Shown piece after piece: positions 1 to 13,211 of a DNA stretch of 64,000 bases (its first letter is position 1; each line of letters opens with the position of its first letter). The translations under genes were made by a program, and so were the position numbers. The notes under the pieces are model-generated. The model made no database searches. It saw only the letters and a program-made list of their open reading frames with translations, and had not been told where the DNA came from. The DNA comes from the human T2T-CHM13v2.0 reference genome, Homo sapiens. The stretch lies in assembly GCF_009914755.1 (NCBI RefSeq), contig NC_060933.1; one strand, given 5' to 3'.

Positions 1-1259
1 ATTCATCTACATATGAAGTAAAAACTTTTTTATGTAGATTACCGTGTGCAAAGAAACATGAATTTAAATCTAACTTTTGTACTAGTATTGTAGTGACAGC
101 TTCCATCCACCTACCCATCCTTTTCTCCAGACAGAAATAGTCTACAGAGAGTCAGTATGAAACTATAAGAACGCTATATTTAGAGTGGGAGAACCGGATT
201 TAAAATGTTTCAAAAGTTGCAAGGCCCTCAAGGGTCATCGGGTTTACAGCACACGTTCACGAGATGAAGACAGCTATGTTTAAAAGCAAGCCTCCAATAT
301 TGTCCTTTCCACAAAACATGCAACGGTTTGATCTTTTGACTAGCACCAACTTCTCTAGGCCTCAAATTCCTCATCTACAAAATGAAGGAGATCACTTACA
401 GCCTGAGAAATCTCTGGCTAACTAAACTAGAATTTTTAATTTGCTCCTTTTCTGTAGCAGTGAATTCTTATTTTTGCTGTAAGATGCAGTATTCATAAAA
501 TCAGGCCTTTCACGTAATGTGTGTCACCTTAACTCCAAAACATCCTATGAGTGTTTTCACTGCATTCGTGCAAAGAAAAAAAATGAGATAATTCCTTGTA
601 GTTGTAACCATCATATAAAGTAACAGATTTTGATAAATACCAAAAACCTGATAATCCCCTTAGGTTCCTTGGACAAACATCGGCTAATTCTTTTTTAAAA
701 ATACAACACAAATTATTCCATTACACAAATGATTGCTCTGGAGAATTAATGTTAAGAATGGAATGTTAAGAATGGAAATACTGGCTACATTTTGTTACAC
801 ATCAAGAATCAGAATATAGGATATTTAGGATGAGTTCTCTTCTTCACACTGTGAAATCATTAGGAAGCTTCAATTTACTATGAAATTTCTAGGTATTTGA
901 AATGGCTATCTTTTTTCATAGTTGACACTCTAGGAAATGTTTGAATTCAATTACAAAGTAAAAATGATGGCAGCCATCCATTCAGTTAAAATGAAAATTA
1001 TCTACATCAAGAATTTTCAGAAGTTCATTCGATCCATAAATAATATCAAGCAGCTATTTTGTGCAATGCAATGTAGTCAGTGTCTTTGGGAGAATATAGA
1101 GATGAAATAATACACAGACCTGGCTTGAGGAGACTAGAAACTGAAGCTGGGAAGAAAGGCATTTACGTAGCTAAATGGGAACCGTAAGTGCAGGGAGTAG
1201 CAAGGGAGGAGAAAGGAAATGATAGGGAGAGGAAGAAAGCAAGAGAAAGTCACCTAGAC

Positions 1260-1422
1260 CAGTGCTTTATCAACTTCAATGTGTACACGAATCACCCAGA
1301 GATCTATTAAAATACAGATTCTGATTCAGTAGGTCTGGAGTGGGACCTGAGAATCAGCATTTCTAACAGCTGTCAGGTAATGCTAATGTTACTCATCCAT
1401 GTACAGCACTTTGGGTAGCAAG
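1260..1422. mobile_element. MER5A-type hAT-Charlie MITE
   Basis: gattctgattcagtaggtctggagtgggacctgagaatcagcatttctaacag...ctttgggtagcaag matches the MER5A core. Confidence 0.8.
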
Positions 1423-1462
1423 AGTATGCTTTGAGTACATAAATTAACCTAGCTCAGAATTT

Positions 1463-1640
1463 CTCTATTTTGGCTAGATGATTCTTTCTTGTGGGACTGG
1501 TCATTCCATTGTAAGATATTTAGCAGCACCCCTGGCTTTTGCCCACTCAGTGCCAGTAATACACCACCCCCATGCCCCCATGGTGAAAATCAAAAATGTC
1601 TCCAAACATTGCCAAATGTTTTCCTAGGGGCAAAGTCAGT
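1463..1640. mobile_element. MER20 hAT-Charlie fragment
   Basis: tttagcagcacccctggc...caaaaatgtctccaaacattgccaaatgt...ggggcaaa. Confidence 0.8.
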
Positions 1641-1712
1641 GGTGTAGATAATGCTTTTACATAAAAAGTTATATGAGACAAATAGCAACCCTCTTAAAAA
1701 TAACTCACTTAT

Positions 1713-2082
1713 TTGTATTCGTTTTCTATTTCTGCTGTAACAAATTATCACAAAACTTTGTGACTCAGAATAATCCAAATTTATTATCTTATAATTCTAG
1801 AGGTCAGAAATCTGATGTGAGTCCTTGCTAGGCAAAAATCAAAGTGTTAGCAGGGCTGTAATTCTTTCTTCAGGATCCAGGGAAGAATCAGTTTCCTTGA
1901 CTTTTCCAGCTTCCAGAAGCTTCCACTGCTCATGGACCCTTCCTCTTTCTTCAAAGCCAATGATCCAGCATAAAACCTCCCTATCTCAAGGCCTTTAACT
2001 TAGTCACATCTGAAAAGTATCTTTTTGTTCCAGGGATAAGGATGTGAGCATCTTTAGTGGTCCGTATTTCTCACTCCCACCA
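1713..2082 (-). mobile_element. MLT1-family MaLR solo LTR
   Basis: tgctgtaacaaattatcacaaa...tctagaggtcagaaatctga...gaagaatcagtttccttgacttttccagcttccagaagc. Confidence 0.8.
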
Positions 2083-3041
2083 TGTTAAAATAAAAATTAC
2101 ATTTGTAAATGATTTCATACCTAGAATAATTTAAGATAAAGTTTCTCCCCCAAAATCCTAGAGAACAGGGATTTTCTTCTGTGCCGCAAGTACTTTCCTA
2201 CCTGAGAACATTTCATAGCATTTCTAGTCACACATAAATTCATCTAAGGAAGAACCAAGTTTTTCTACTTTTAATGTTACAGTTTCTGGCACCATTCCCA
2301 AGCTTTCTTGACCCTGTTGCTATCACTAGTATAAAATTACATTTTAAATGCCCAACAAATGAGGAAATATGATTCATTTCTGAATCTTTGGGTGTTTCCT
2401 GAAATTTAAGAATTCTATTTGTATTTTACAGAGTTATATTTACTACCTTAAAAATTTTCTTTTAGATTTATCTCAAAAGTGAAGGTAGTATTTGGCTACT
2501 TGAACCCTCATCCAAAACCTTCATCAGCACCTTCCCTGTGTTTTTTAGATTTTTGCTCATATGTGCCAAGGGCTAGGGCATCTTAAGTTACAGAATACTT
2601 AGTGACAAATTTAATTGAATCTAATTATCGTGCTGAAATGTTTAAAACAAATCTTTTCTTCAATCTGTTCCTATAAACTGCTCTTCAGAGTGAAAGCATG
2701 CATCTGCTCAAAGTGATTCTGAGATGGGGGCGGATGAGTAAATAAAGCCAGATGGCATTTACACTTACAGTTTCTTTCCCTTTTTGAGTTTGACATATAA
2801 GATTTGACTAACTGTCTTTAAAAGCTCATTTTTCCCAGCCTGTGAAGTTAAGCTTGGTGAAGTTGACAAGAGGCGATTAGGAAGAAGGCAGAAGGAGAAG
2901 TCGTGGCCTAAAGATAGAGTATTTGTTGACTCACGTTCCCACTACGACAAGAGTAGCAAAACTGAAGGTGAGGCTTTAACTCTTCCTCCACGTTCCTAAA
3001 GATGTAAGAACTTCAGCTCATTGAAGCCCATAGAGGCAGCA

Positions 3042-3395
3042 TGTATTAGTCTGTTCTCATGCTGCTAATAAAGACATACCTGAGACTGGGTAATTTATAA
3101 AGGAAACAGGTTTAATGGACTCACAGTTCCATATAGTTAGGGAGGCCTCACAACCATGGTGGAAGAGCAAGGTATGTCTTACATGCAGCAGGCAAGAGAG
3201 AGTGTGTGCAGGGGAATTGCCCTTTATAAAACCAACAGATCTCGTGAGACTTATTCACTATCATGAGAACAGCATGGGAAAGACCCACCTCCATGATTCA
3301 ATTACCTCCCACCAGGTACCTCTCATGACATGTGGGAATTGTGGCAGCTACAATTCAAGATGAGATTTGGGTGGGGACACAGCCAAACCATATCA
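3042..3395 (-). mobile_element. THE1 MaLR solo LTR
   Basis: tgtattagtc...ccaaaccatatca termini; perfect 5-bp TSD CAGCA (3037-3041, 3396-3400). Confidence 0.95.
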
Positions 3396-3925
3396 CAGCA
3401 TGATTACGAAGTAGGGGGAAGAGAGAGGGCAGGTAGACTGCATTTCAGTTTTGTTTACAGGGAACTATGAAAGGTAGAAAAATAGAGAACTTTCTACTGA
3501 AACAAAGCCACTAACTAAATTCATTTTTTCTATAATGAGTAGTCTTAAGGGTCTTCTCCGACCCCAACTCTACCCAAAAATAGTCCCTGCACAAGAATTC
3601 TGGACTGGACAAGATGGTACAGATACTTTTTCCCTGTTTCTCCCAGCTAAGTATAAATATAAACCCTAGAAAAAAAACACAAAAGGAAGCCAGAGAACTC
3701 CAAAAGGTGAAATGGTTAGAGACCCTACAACCAGAGGAATGTCACAGTGACAGTGTCTTACAACCCACAACCTCACAGAAGGTCACCCAAGCCCAGTGTT
3801 TCTAGAGCCTCAATCTCGTAGCCAGCCCAAATAGGCTCATTCCCACTCAGACCAAAGGGGAGTCCCAATGATACTACCAGGCTGGCCAGCGGTACTAGCC
3901 AGGGAAAATGGAGCAGGAGCCATGC

Positions 3926-4287
3926 TGATATTGTTTGGCTGTGTCCCCACCCAAATCTCATCTTGAATTGTAGTTCCCATAATCCCGCGTTGTGAGGGAC
4001 CTGGTGGGAGGTTATTGAATCATGGGGGTGGATACCCTCATGCTGTTCTTGTGATAGTAAGTTATCACGACATCTGATGGGTTTATAAGGGGCTTTTCCC
4101 ACTTTGCTCAGCACTTCTCTCTCCTGCTGCCTTGTGAAGAAGGACGTGTTTGCTTCCCCTTCCACTATGATTGTTAAGTTTCCTGAGGCCTTCCAAGCCA
4201 TGTGGAACTGGGAGTCAATTAAACCTCTTTCCTTTATAAATTACCCAGTCTCAGGTATGTCTTTATTAGCAGCATGAGACTAATACA
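3926..4287 (+). mobile_element. THE1 MaLR solo LTR
   Basis: tgatattgtttggctgtgtcc...gactaataca; near-perfect 5-bp TSD CATGC/CCTGC. Confidence 0.93.
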
Positions 4288-4998
4288 CCTGCTGACCATA
4301 AGAAGACAGGAAAGCACTCTCCTTACTCACCAAGCCTAAGACTCCCTTCCTCCAATGAGAAACAGCAGGTGGCTTGCAGCACTAGCAAAGGGGATCCTGC
4401 CACAAAAAAAGGCTCCACCTGGGAAGTGTTTTCCTTGGAGAGAGGGGCAGTCCTCAGCACTAGTGCCTGTCTCCAGGATATCTGTTTGTATTCCCTCTAC
4501 CTCCATCAGAGGCATCATGAGGCTCTACTGAAGAGCTCCACCCCTTCAGGTAGCACCAGCAGACGCCAGGAGGAACCCTAGCAGCCCCAGATAAACCAAG
4601 AAGACCAAAATAGCACCACAAAGTCTCTGAAAATGCAATTGTCATTGGATGCACGGCCCACAAAATTAGGCCAGGATTTTCTTGCTAAACCTAAATGGGA
4701 TGACTGCCTACTAAAACAAAAGATTTAAATCAGACTCTGAGTCTCCTAACAGCATAGCCAAATTCCAGGATAGAATGAAAAATTACCCAACAAACCAAAA
4801 GTCAGGAAAATCACAACTTGACTGTGAAATGACAACTGACACTAACCCAGAGATGAAACAGAAGAAGAACTTATTGACAAAGATTTTAAAGCAGCCATCC
4901 TCAAAATGGTGTAATGAGTAACTGTAAATTATTTAGAAACAAATGAAAAAATAGAAAATCTCAGCCAAGAACTAGAAGTTATTAAAAAAAGAACCACG

Positions 4999-5108
4999 GT
5001 GCTCACAGTTCAGCAGCAAATACACTAACATTGGAACAGCATAGATAAGATTAGCATGGCCCCTGCACAAGGGTGACATGCAAAGTCGTGACGCATTCCG
5101 TATTTTTT
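4999..5108 (+). pseudogene. Full-length U6 snRNA retropseudogene
   Basis: gtgctcacagttcagcagcaaatacactaacattggaac...gattagcatggcccctgcacaagggtgacatgcaaagtcgtgacgcattccgtatttttt aligns end to end with U6; ACAGAGA box mutated to ATAGATA; perfect 16-bp TSD ATTAAAAAAAGAACCA (4981-4996, 5114-5129). Confidence 0.95.
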
Positions 5109-6998
5109 GAGAAATTAAAAAAAGAACCAAATGGAAATTATAAAACTAAAAAGTACAACAAATATAAACTTAGCGGGTTCAATAGTAAAATGAAGGTGAC
5201 AAAGGACAGAATCAGTGAACCTGAGAACAGATCAACAGAATTACCAAATTTACTCACTATGAACAAGAAGAAAATAGACTAAAAACCGACAAAAAACAGA
5301 CCCTCAAGGACTTGTAGCACAATAACAAAATGTTCAAGATTCACATCATCAAAGGTCCAGAATAGAGGGAGAAAAAGAGAGTGGGCTTGAAAAATTGTTT
5401 TTAAAATAATGGCTTAAAATTTTCTAAATTTGGCAAAAAAATATAAATCTACAGATTCATAAGCTGTATAAATCTCAAACAGGATAAACCCAAAGAAATC
5501 CATACCAGGACATTTCATAATTAAAATTTTGATAAGTGAATTGCAAAAAAAAAAAAAAAAAAAAAAGTCTTGAAAGCACTGAGAGAGCAACAACACATTA
5601 CCTATTAGGGAACATCAACTCCAATAACAGCAAATTTCTTACCTGAAACCATATAGGCCAGAAGGAAAAGGTGCATTTTCCAAGTGCTGAAAACAAAGAA
5701 TTGTCATCTTCAAATTCTATATCCAGGAAAACTATACTTCAAGAATGAAGGGAATATAGAAACAGATGAAAGAAACAAAAGGACTGTGTTGCTGGCAGAC
5801 CTTTTAAAAATGGCTAAAATAAGTTTTTTGAACAGAAAGAAAATGATGGAAGATGGAATCATGGAGCATTAGGAAATAAAACAACAAAACAAGCTGAAAT
5901 ATGGCTACATACGATAGATGATCCTCCTCATGAGTTTCATAAGATATATTAGATGACTTAAACATTATAACACCATCTGATACTCAAGACAATAATATTT
6001 AAAAGTGGGAAAGGTAAAAGCATTTAAATGGAAATAAGGCCCCCATGTGTCACTCAAAGTGGTAAAATGTTGATATCAGTAGACTGTGATAAGTCACATG
6101 TGTATTGTAATGAGATAGCAACCAAAAGGAAAACTATTCAAAGAGGTATACTCAAAGACATAGTAAATAAATAGAGGTATAATCCCAAAAGTCCTCAATA
6201 TCTATTTGGGATTCTGCATATCAAATGACTCAATATAAATAAAAGTATTAAGTTGTTCATGGCAAAGTCCTAGACTAGGAGCTACCTCATTCTGAGACAG
6301 AACTAGACTGGAGCATGTTTCTGACTCTTAACTAGGAATCAGGATCACCAGAAATTCCTGGACCTTAACTGCCACATCTTTGAAATAGGAGTGGCTGGAG
6401 AAGTAGGTCTGGCAGACAACCTGGACCACACCCAGTGATAATTCTATACATTATTACAGGTTTTAATTCTTCTCATCCATCCCGTGTTATCCCTTATGAT
6501 TCAGATGTCTTTCAAAGTGCTCTGAAAACTGTAAGAAAGTTCACAATCCAAAGAGGATATTGTATGACACACTCCAAGCTCTCACAAACCCCAGAGTAGA
6601 GAGGAGAGGAAGTGACAGAAGGAAGACACTTCAAATGTAGCATAAACCTACTGGAGCATGGACCATTTCCACTTAGAGGAATTATTCATTTCTTTCCCAC
6701 CTCTGGTAGGGAACACCAATAAGCAAAGCAGGGTCACCTATTTACTGCTGTTCATTCGGCATCCTTTTAGATCAACTATAACAAATCCTTGGAACTAAAG
6801 GAACTATATGAAAATTGGCTGATGCCAATCATGGTCCACCAACTTAACATGCTCTCACTTCTTCCTCAGTTTACCATGCTATCCTATTCCAAGTCTGCAT
6901 AGGTGGCAAGATAATTTGTCCTTGAGAAGTGCTAGGTCATATATGGATGGTTGGGTACACTGGACAATGAAATGCATTTAAAACAAAATATGCCTTTG

Positions 6999-7314
6999 CT
7001 TTTTTTTATTATTTTTTTTTTTTTGCAGAAGGGGTCTCGCTCTATTACGCAGGCTGGAGTGCAGTGGCATGATCTTGGCTCACTGCAACCTCCGTCACCC
7101 AGGTTGAAGCGATTCTCCTGTTTCACCTTCCCCCAGCAGCTGGGATTACAGGCGTGTGCCACCACACTCAGCTAATTTTTTATTATTATTATTTTTAGTA
7201 GAGATGGGGTTTCACCATGTTGGCCAGGCTGGTCTCGAACTCCAGACCTCATGATCCGCCCACCTCGGCCTCCCAAAGTGCTGGGATTACAGGTGTGAGC
7301 CACGGCACCCAGCC
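6999..7314 (-). mobile_element. AluS
   Basis: Poly-T followed by a reverse-complement Alu dimer. Confidence 0.95.
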
Positions 7315-7469
7315 TGCTATGTTTTATAAATAAGTATAAACACCTTAATTGCACCATTTACCACAAAAGTTAAAGGGCTTGCATTTTCTTATCAGTAATA
7401 TGTAAGGATTTAAAAGGCTCTATACATTTCCTCAGTCTCTTATGTTCTATGGAATTATTTTCCCTAGAC

Positions 7470-7680
7470 AGATAGTGGTGAACATACCTGGGCTAGAACA
7501 TGCCAGTGTGTGCACTTGCTGGCTGCGTGTCCTGGCTCAATACCCTGAGGTTCAGTTTCTTCATTTGTGAAAAGGATATGGTAATACCTAATTTACAGCA
7601 GTGCTATAAGAACCACATGAATTTCTGTATTTCAAACACGTGACATGTAATAAGCTTTCTACAGTAGCTATTATAATCCA
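7470..7680 (+). mobile_element. MIR
   Basis: ctgaggttcagtttcttcatttgtgaaaagg...gtaatacct core. Confidence 0.65.
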
Positions 7681-9575
7681 GGAGCATGCTCTTTGTCAGA
7701 AACTTTACCATAGGTAGCAATGGATTTGGAAACAAAGTAAAACATTTCAAGAAATCAGATTAGTAAAGGTTATGGCACAAAAATACGTCAAGTTCTATGG
7801 ACAAGATAGATGTTACCTCTAAAGCCAAAATTCTCCCTGCTTATGTTTGGGACTTCTAAGATCCCTGGAACTCTAGAATCAACCTTCTGACTACATTGCT
7901 GGTCCATTCTCTGTCTTCTATTATATGTAGGACAATGTTAACCCTTCCCAACTTGGTGTAATGTGTTTCATTAAAAAAAGGAAAAAATCCTACTTCTTAA
8001 TTTGTATAATATAATGTTGACACTGGTGATGTTTTTAAAAAACTTATTTCAAGCCATGTGTTCTTTGGGTGAAAACTTCTGATTAAAGACATATAATCAT
8101 TAAGAGTATCATCTCCATAATTTTAGCCTATGCTAGAAATGCAAGCTCATCTTTTCATTTTTTAGTACCAACCCAACACATGCCAAAATGGTCACCTCAA
8201 AATATTATCTAATAAAAGTACATATTCTGATCATTGTGTGGTAGAATATTTTTTCATATTAAAATATTTTTCTTGGGTTTGACTCTTACACTTAGGGAAA
8301 CAAAATGCTTCACAACAATAATACTATTATGGCTCATAACCAGTTATCAAAATACTTTTAAAACAGCTGATTTTCTTCTAGAATGAAACTTTTTAAATTA
8401 AAATGCTTTTCCACATAAAATGCATATAGTCAGCAAATACAAAACATAACAAATATATCACATAAAGTAAATGAACTATATATTTACTTGTAAAACCAAA
8501 GTTTCTATGGAGTGACATTGGATATATATGCTTTGAAGGCCAACTTAAGGATGAAGGAAGTTTCTAAAAATTATGATATAAAAATCCTTTATTGATGCAA
8601 AAGGGATTCAGATTAACATTTTAATTCTGTAACTTAAAAAATCTAGAATTAAGAACAAAACAAATTCTATGAATGTACATTTTCTGGTATTACTACATGC
8701 AGCTAATTTCAAAAGTTGATATATATTTGAAAAATGTTAAAAATTACATTGATCGTATTATCACTTTAACAAAAGGGAGAAAAGGATAATACTACCTCTG
8801 AGAAAGGACTAAGTCTTATTTAAGAATTTGATGGCCCTAATGTCACAAACAATAAATATTCCTTATAATATTCTGTCCGGCAAAAAATCAAGAGAGGAAC
8901 AGAGAGAAACTAAGATGAACAGAAATGTATGGCGAACAACCTAGAATGACTCACTGGAGACTTGACAGACCCTGAGCCACTGATGGTTCTAATATTCTTA
9001 GCTCTGTAAAAAGGCAAGGGGTAATCGTTCTTGGTCTTTAATGGAACAGACTCTGGTGAAAGAAAGAGAACAGAGAATAAACTATAAGAATAAAGACACA
9101 CAATCACCTCAGCCAAAATAAACAGGTTACCTGTAAAGGGAGCATAATCAGACTGACCCCCGACTTTTCTGTAACAATGTTAAACATCAGGGTCCAGTAA
9201 AGCAACATCTATATGAGTTCACAGGAACTGTTTTGATTCATTAATTCTATATTCTCTCTTGACATTCACATGTCTGGACAACAGGAAAATCTCAGATAAA
9301 GGATATGTGTTGTCTTTGCATGGGAGACTACAGGTTACTATTTTCTTTCTTTGATTCTTAATATTTCCCAATATATCTGTACTAATCATATGTTATCTTT
9401 ATAGAAGAAAATGATTTTTATTAATAATAATGCACAGATTAAAACAGAAAAAGCAGGAACTACAGAGAGCATAAGGATGGTAAGGATGGCTTACTATTCA
9501 AAGAACAGTAATTTGATTTACATCGGTTTAATTGTTCTAACTTTCACATCAAAAAAGAAAGACTTAACCTTTGAC

Positions 9576-9578
<3 letters not shown>

Positions 9579-9621
<43 letters not shown>
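9579..9621. repeat. (AC)21 microsatellite
   Basis: Directly visible. Confidence 0.98.
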
Positions 9622-9622
<1 letters not shown>

Positions 9623-10535
9623 CTTTTCTGATTTCAGGGAAAAGCTAAAACAGATTCATAAGAAAATTACACTACAGAAGATGGAGGCTAAGGCTCATAT
9701 CCATCCCAAATAATTCTGCTTCTCATCAGTTGCTTCTTGTTTAATTGTTCTTTGGAAATAAATAATCAGTGTGTTTTTCTTTTCTTTTTTTTCCCTTATG
9801 CATATTTTAGGAACATTTTTCTATTTAAACTAGGAACTAAAGTATTATTAATTTTAAATATCTAAATGTTTATAAATAGTAAGCAATTTTAAAATATTTT
9901 ACTTAAATTATTTTAAAATATTAAGACATTTGTTTAAATGCTTTTATAATTCATTAATGCTTAATAAACTATTAACAAATTAATATTAATTAATATATTA
10001 TAATTAACTATATATTAAATTGATACTAAGTTATTGTCTAGATGTTATTTTATTAAAATTTAAATGTACTGAATTATAATTATTTTCATCATAAAGTATT
10101 AAAACAGAAAATTAATACTGAAATTAGTCTCTTATCACATCTTATGTTCAAGAGAAATCAAAAGGGAAATATAAAGCAGAATAATCTTAAAGGAAAAATA
10201 CATTTTAGTAACTGCATTGAATGGAACATTCTGGTCTTTCAGAGAGATTCATTAGTTAGTGAAGTTACCTAAGCACTGTGAGGAAGTACCTTTTCTTCTG
10301 TGGACCAGAAATTCCCTGAAATGAATACGACTTCCTAGGAGGCCTTGAAAATGCAAAGGGCCAGCTCTTGGAGTTGCCCTTGCTGGAAAGAACTATATTG
10401 AAGGGAAAGGGCAGGTGTGACCAGCATCCTTTCAGAAGAACTGGTCTGGTCACATAGAGAAAAATGTTCAAGGAGTCTTATAGTTTCCATTTCAGAAGGG
10501 ACACGAGAACTACCAATCAGATGCCAGGGAAGTAT

Positions 10536-10975
10536 TGAAACCAACCCCATCGTTCCATAGACTGTTCTTTTGGATAAACATAGAAATTGACCTTTTTTGT
10601 CTTAAAGCTTGAAACTTATATTTATTTTATCTGAGTTCCTTTCTTGGGAAAGGACCTTCAGGCCTCTCAAAAAAGTATCAAAGAAGTGAAACTCACCAGA
10701 TCACTGTACCAAATGCCATATCCCTCACTCATCATGACTGCTTCGTTGCCCCTCCCTAGTTCCTATTTCTTACACATTGTGACTATTTTTTTCCCTTCTA
10801 TATAAACCCGTGGTTTTAGTCAGTCAGGGAGATGGATTTGAGTCTGAGCTCCCATCTCCTCAGCTGCAGCACCCAAGAAAAGCCTTCTTCCTTGGCAATG
10901 CTTGGCATCTCAGTGATTGACTTTCTGTGCAGTGGGCAGCAGGACCTAGACCAAACCCCGGGTGTTTCAGTAACA
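10536..10975 (+). mobile_element. ERV1-class solo LTR (440 bp; subfamily not assigned)
   Basis: TG...CA termini (tgaaacc...cagtaaca), 4-bp TSD GTAT (10532-10535, 10976-10979), internal TATATAAA at about 10799. Confidence 0.85.
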
Positions 10976-11185
10976 GTATAAGTTACATGATCCTAGCACC
11001 TTCTTGTACAGGAGCAGCTCATTTCACTGTGCTCACATTTCATTGATTGACATCACATTGGCATCTCAGTGATTGACTTTCAGTGCAGTGGGCAGCAGGA
11101 CCTAGACCAAACCCCTGGTGTTTCAGTAACAGTATAAGTTACGTGATCCTAGCACCTTCCTGTACAGGCACAGCTCATTTCACTG
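10902..11185. repeat. 128-bp direct duplication (10902-11029 and 11058-11185)
   Basis: ttggcatctcagtgattgactttc...cagctcatttcactg occurs twice at 156-bp period, about 6 mismatches. Confidence 0.95.
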
Positions 11186-11393
11186 GCTCATTACATTTTT
11201 TAGAAATTGAAGGTTTGTGGCAGCCCTGTATCACACAAGGATAGTGGCACCTCTTCTCCAGCAGCATGTGCTCACTTGGTGTCTGTGTCACATCTTGGTA
11301 ATCCTCACAATATTTCAAACTTTTCATTATTATATCTGTTATGGTGATCTGTGATCAGTGATCTTTTTGTTTTGCTTCATTTATTAAATAAAG

Positions 11394-11725
<332 letters not shown>

Positions 11726-12927
11726 TAGAGCAGGTTAGTTTCACAACATAACTGACCAATAAGTGCAGAGAGAAAATTCCACCTAAGACTTTCATAGCTG
11801 GAGAGGAAAAGTGAATGCCTGGCTTCTAAGCTTCAAAGGGTAGGCTGACTCTCTTGTTAGGGGATAAAGCGGCTGGTGTGTCTTTAAGCAGAAGCCAGTG
11901 CTCATTTACCATTCCAAAAATCCTACAGCCCTTAAGAATTATACTAGATCTACTCTGCCTGTAGTCTATAAATGGAACAACAAAGCTTGGATAACACATC
12001 TGTTTATATCATGGCTTACTGAATATTTTAAGCCCATTGTTGAGACCTGCTAAGAAACAAAGATTCCTTTCAAAATATTACTGCTCATTGACAATGTACC
12101 TAGTCGCCTAAGAGCTCTGATGGACATGTACAGGGATATTAATGTTGTGTTCATGACTGCTAACCCAATATCCATTCTGCAGCCCATGGATCAAGGAGTA
12201 ATTTTGACTTTCAAGTCTTATTTAATAAGTATATTTTGTAAAGCTAGAGCTGCCATAGATAGTGATTTCTCTGATGGATCTTGGCAAAGTTAGTTGAAAA
12301 CTTTCTGGAAAGAATTCACCATTCTAGATGCCATTAAGAACATCCATGATTCATAGTAGGAGGCCAAAATATCAACATTAATAGGAGTTTATAAGAAGTT
12401 CATTCCAACCCTCATGGATGACTTTGAAGGGTTCAAGACTTCAGTGGAGGAAGTTGCTGCAGATTTGGGAGAAAGAGCAAGAGAAAGAGTCAGAAGTGGC
12501 ACCTGAAGATGTAGCTAAATTGCTACAATCTCATGATAAAACTTTAATGGATGAAGAGTTGCTTCTTATGGAGGAGCAAAGAAAGTGGTCTCTGGAGATA
12601 GAATATATTCTGGTTGTCAGTGTTGAAATGACAACAAAGGATTGAAAATATTCCATCAACTTAGTTGATAAAGCAGCATTAGGGTTTGAGAGGATTGACT
12701 CAGATTTTGAAAGAAGTTTTACTGTAGGTAAAATGCTATCAAACAGTATCACATGCTACTGAAAAATCTTTTGTGAAAGGAAGAATCGATCAACGTGGCA
12801 AACTTCATTACTGTCTCATTTTAAGAAATTGCCACAGCCACCCCAATCTTCAGCAACCACCACTGTCATCAGCCAGCAACCATCAACATCAAGGCCAGAC
12901 CTTCCACCAGCAAAAAGATCATGACCT

Positions 12928-13211
12928 GTGCAGGGCATGGTGGTGCACGCCTATAATCCCAGCACTTTGAGAGACCAAGGCAGGTGGATTGCTTGAGCCC
13001 AGGAGTTTGAGACAAGCCTGGGCAACATAGCGAGATGTCATTTCTACCCAAAATACAAAAGCCAGGCATGGTGGTTCACACCTGTGGCCCAGCTACTTGG
13101 GAGGCTGAGGTGGGAGGATTGCTTCAGCCTGGGAAGTAGAGGCTACAATGCACCAAGACTGTGCCACTGCACTCCAGCCTGGGTGACAGAGGAAGATCCT
13201 ATCTAAAAAAA
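12928..13211 (+). mobile_element. AluJ inside Tigger1
   Basis: Alu dimer with gcttgagcccaggag; TSD aaaagatcatgacct/aaaagattatgactt. Confidence 0.92.

Larger units (their letters stand above)
3595..6190 (+). mobile_element. Old L1M 5' region and degenerate ORF1, interrupted by a THE1 LTR and a U6 retrocopy
   Basis: A-rich plus strand with ORF1-like remnants (DRISEPENRSTE; HLQILYPGKLYFKNEG); boundaries approximate. Confidence 0.7.

Noticed and set aside
748-775. 14-bp tandem duplication aatgttaagaatgg
   Set aside because: Ordinary slippage duplication.
966-977. 12-nt match to the LPAR1 start (ATGGCTGCCATC on the minus strand)
   Set aside because: The match does not extend and lies on the wrong side of the main exon; chance.
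11770-12760. Tigger1 transposase as a domesticated gene
   Set aside because: Multiple stops and frameshifts, and the N-terminal domain is deleted.
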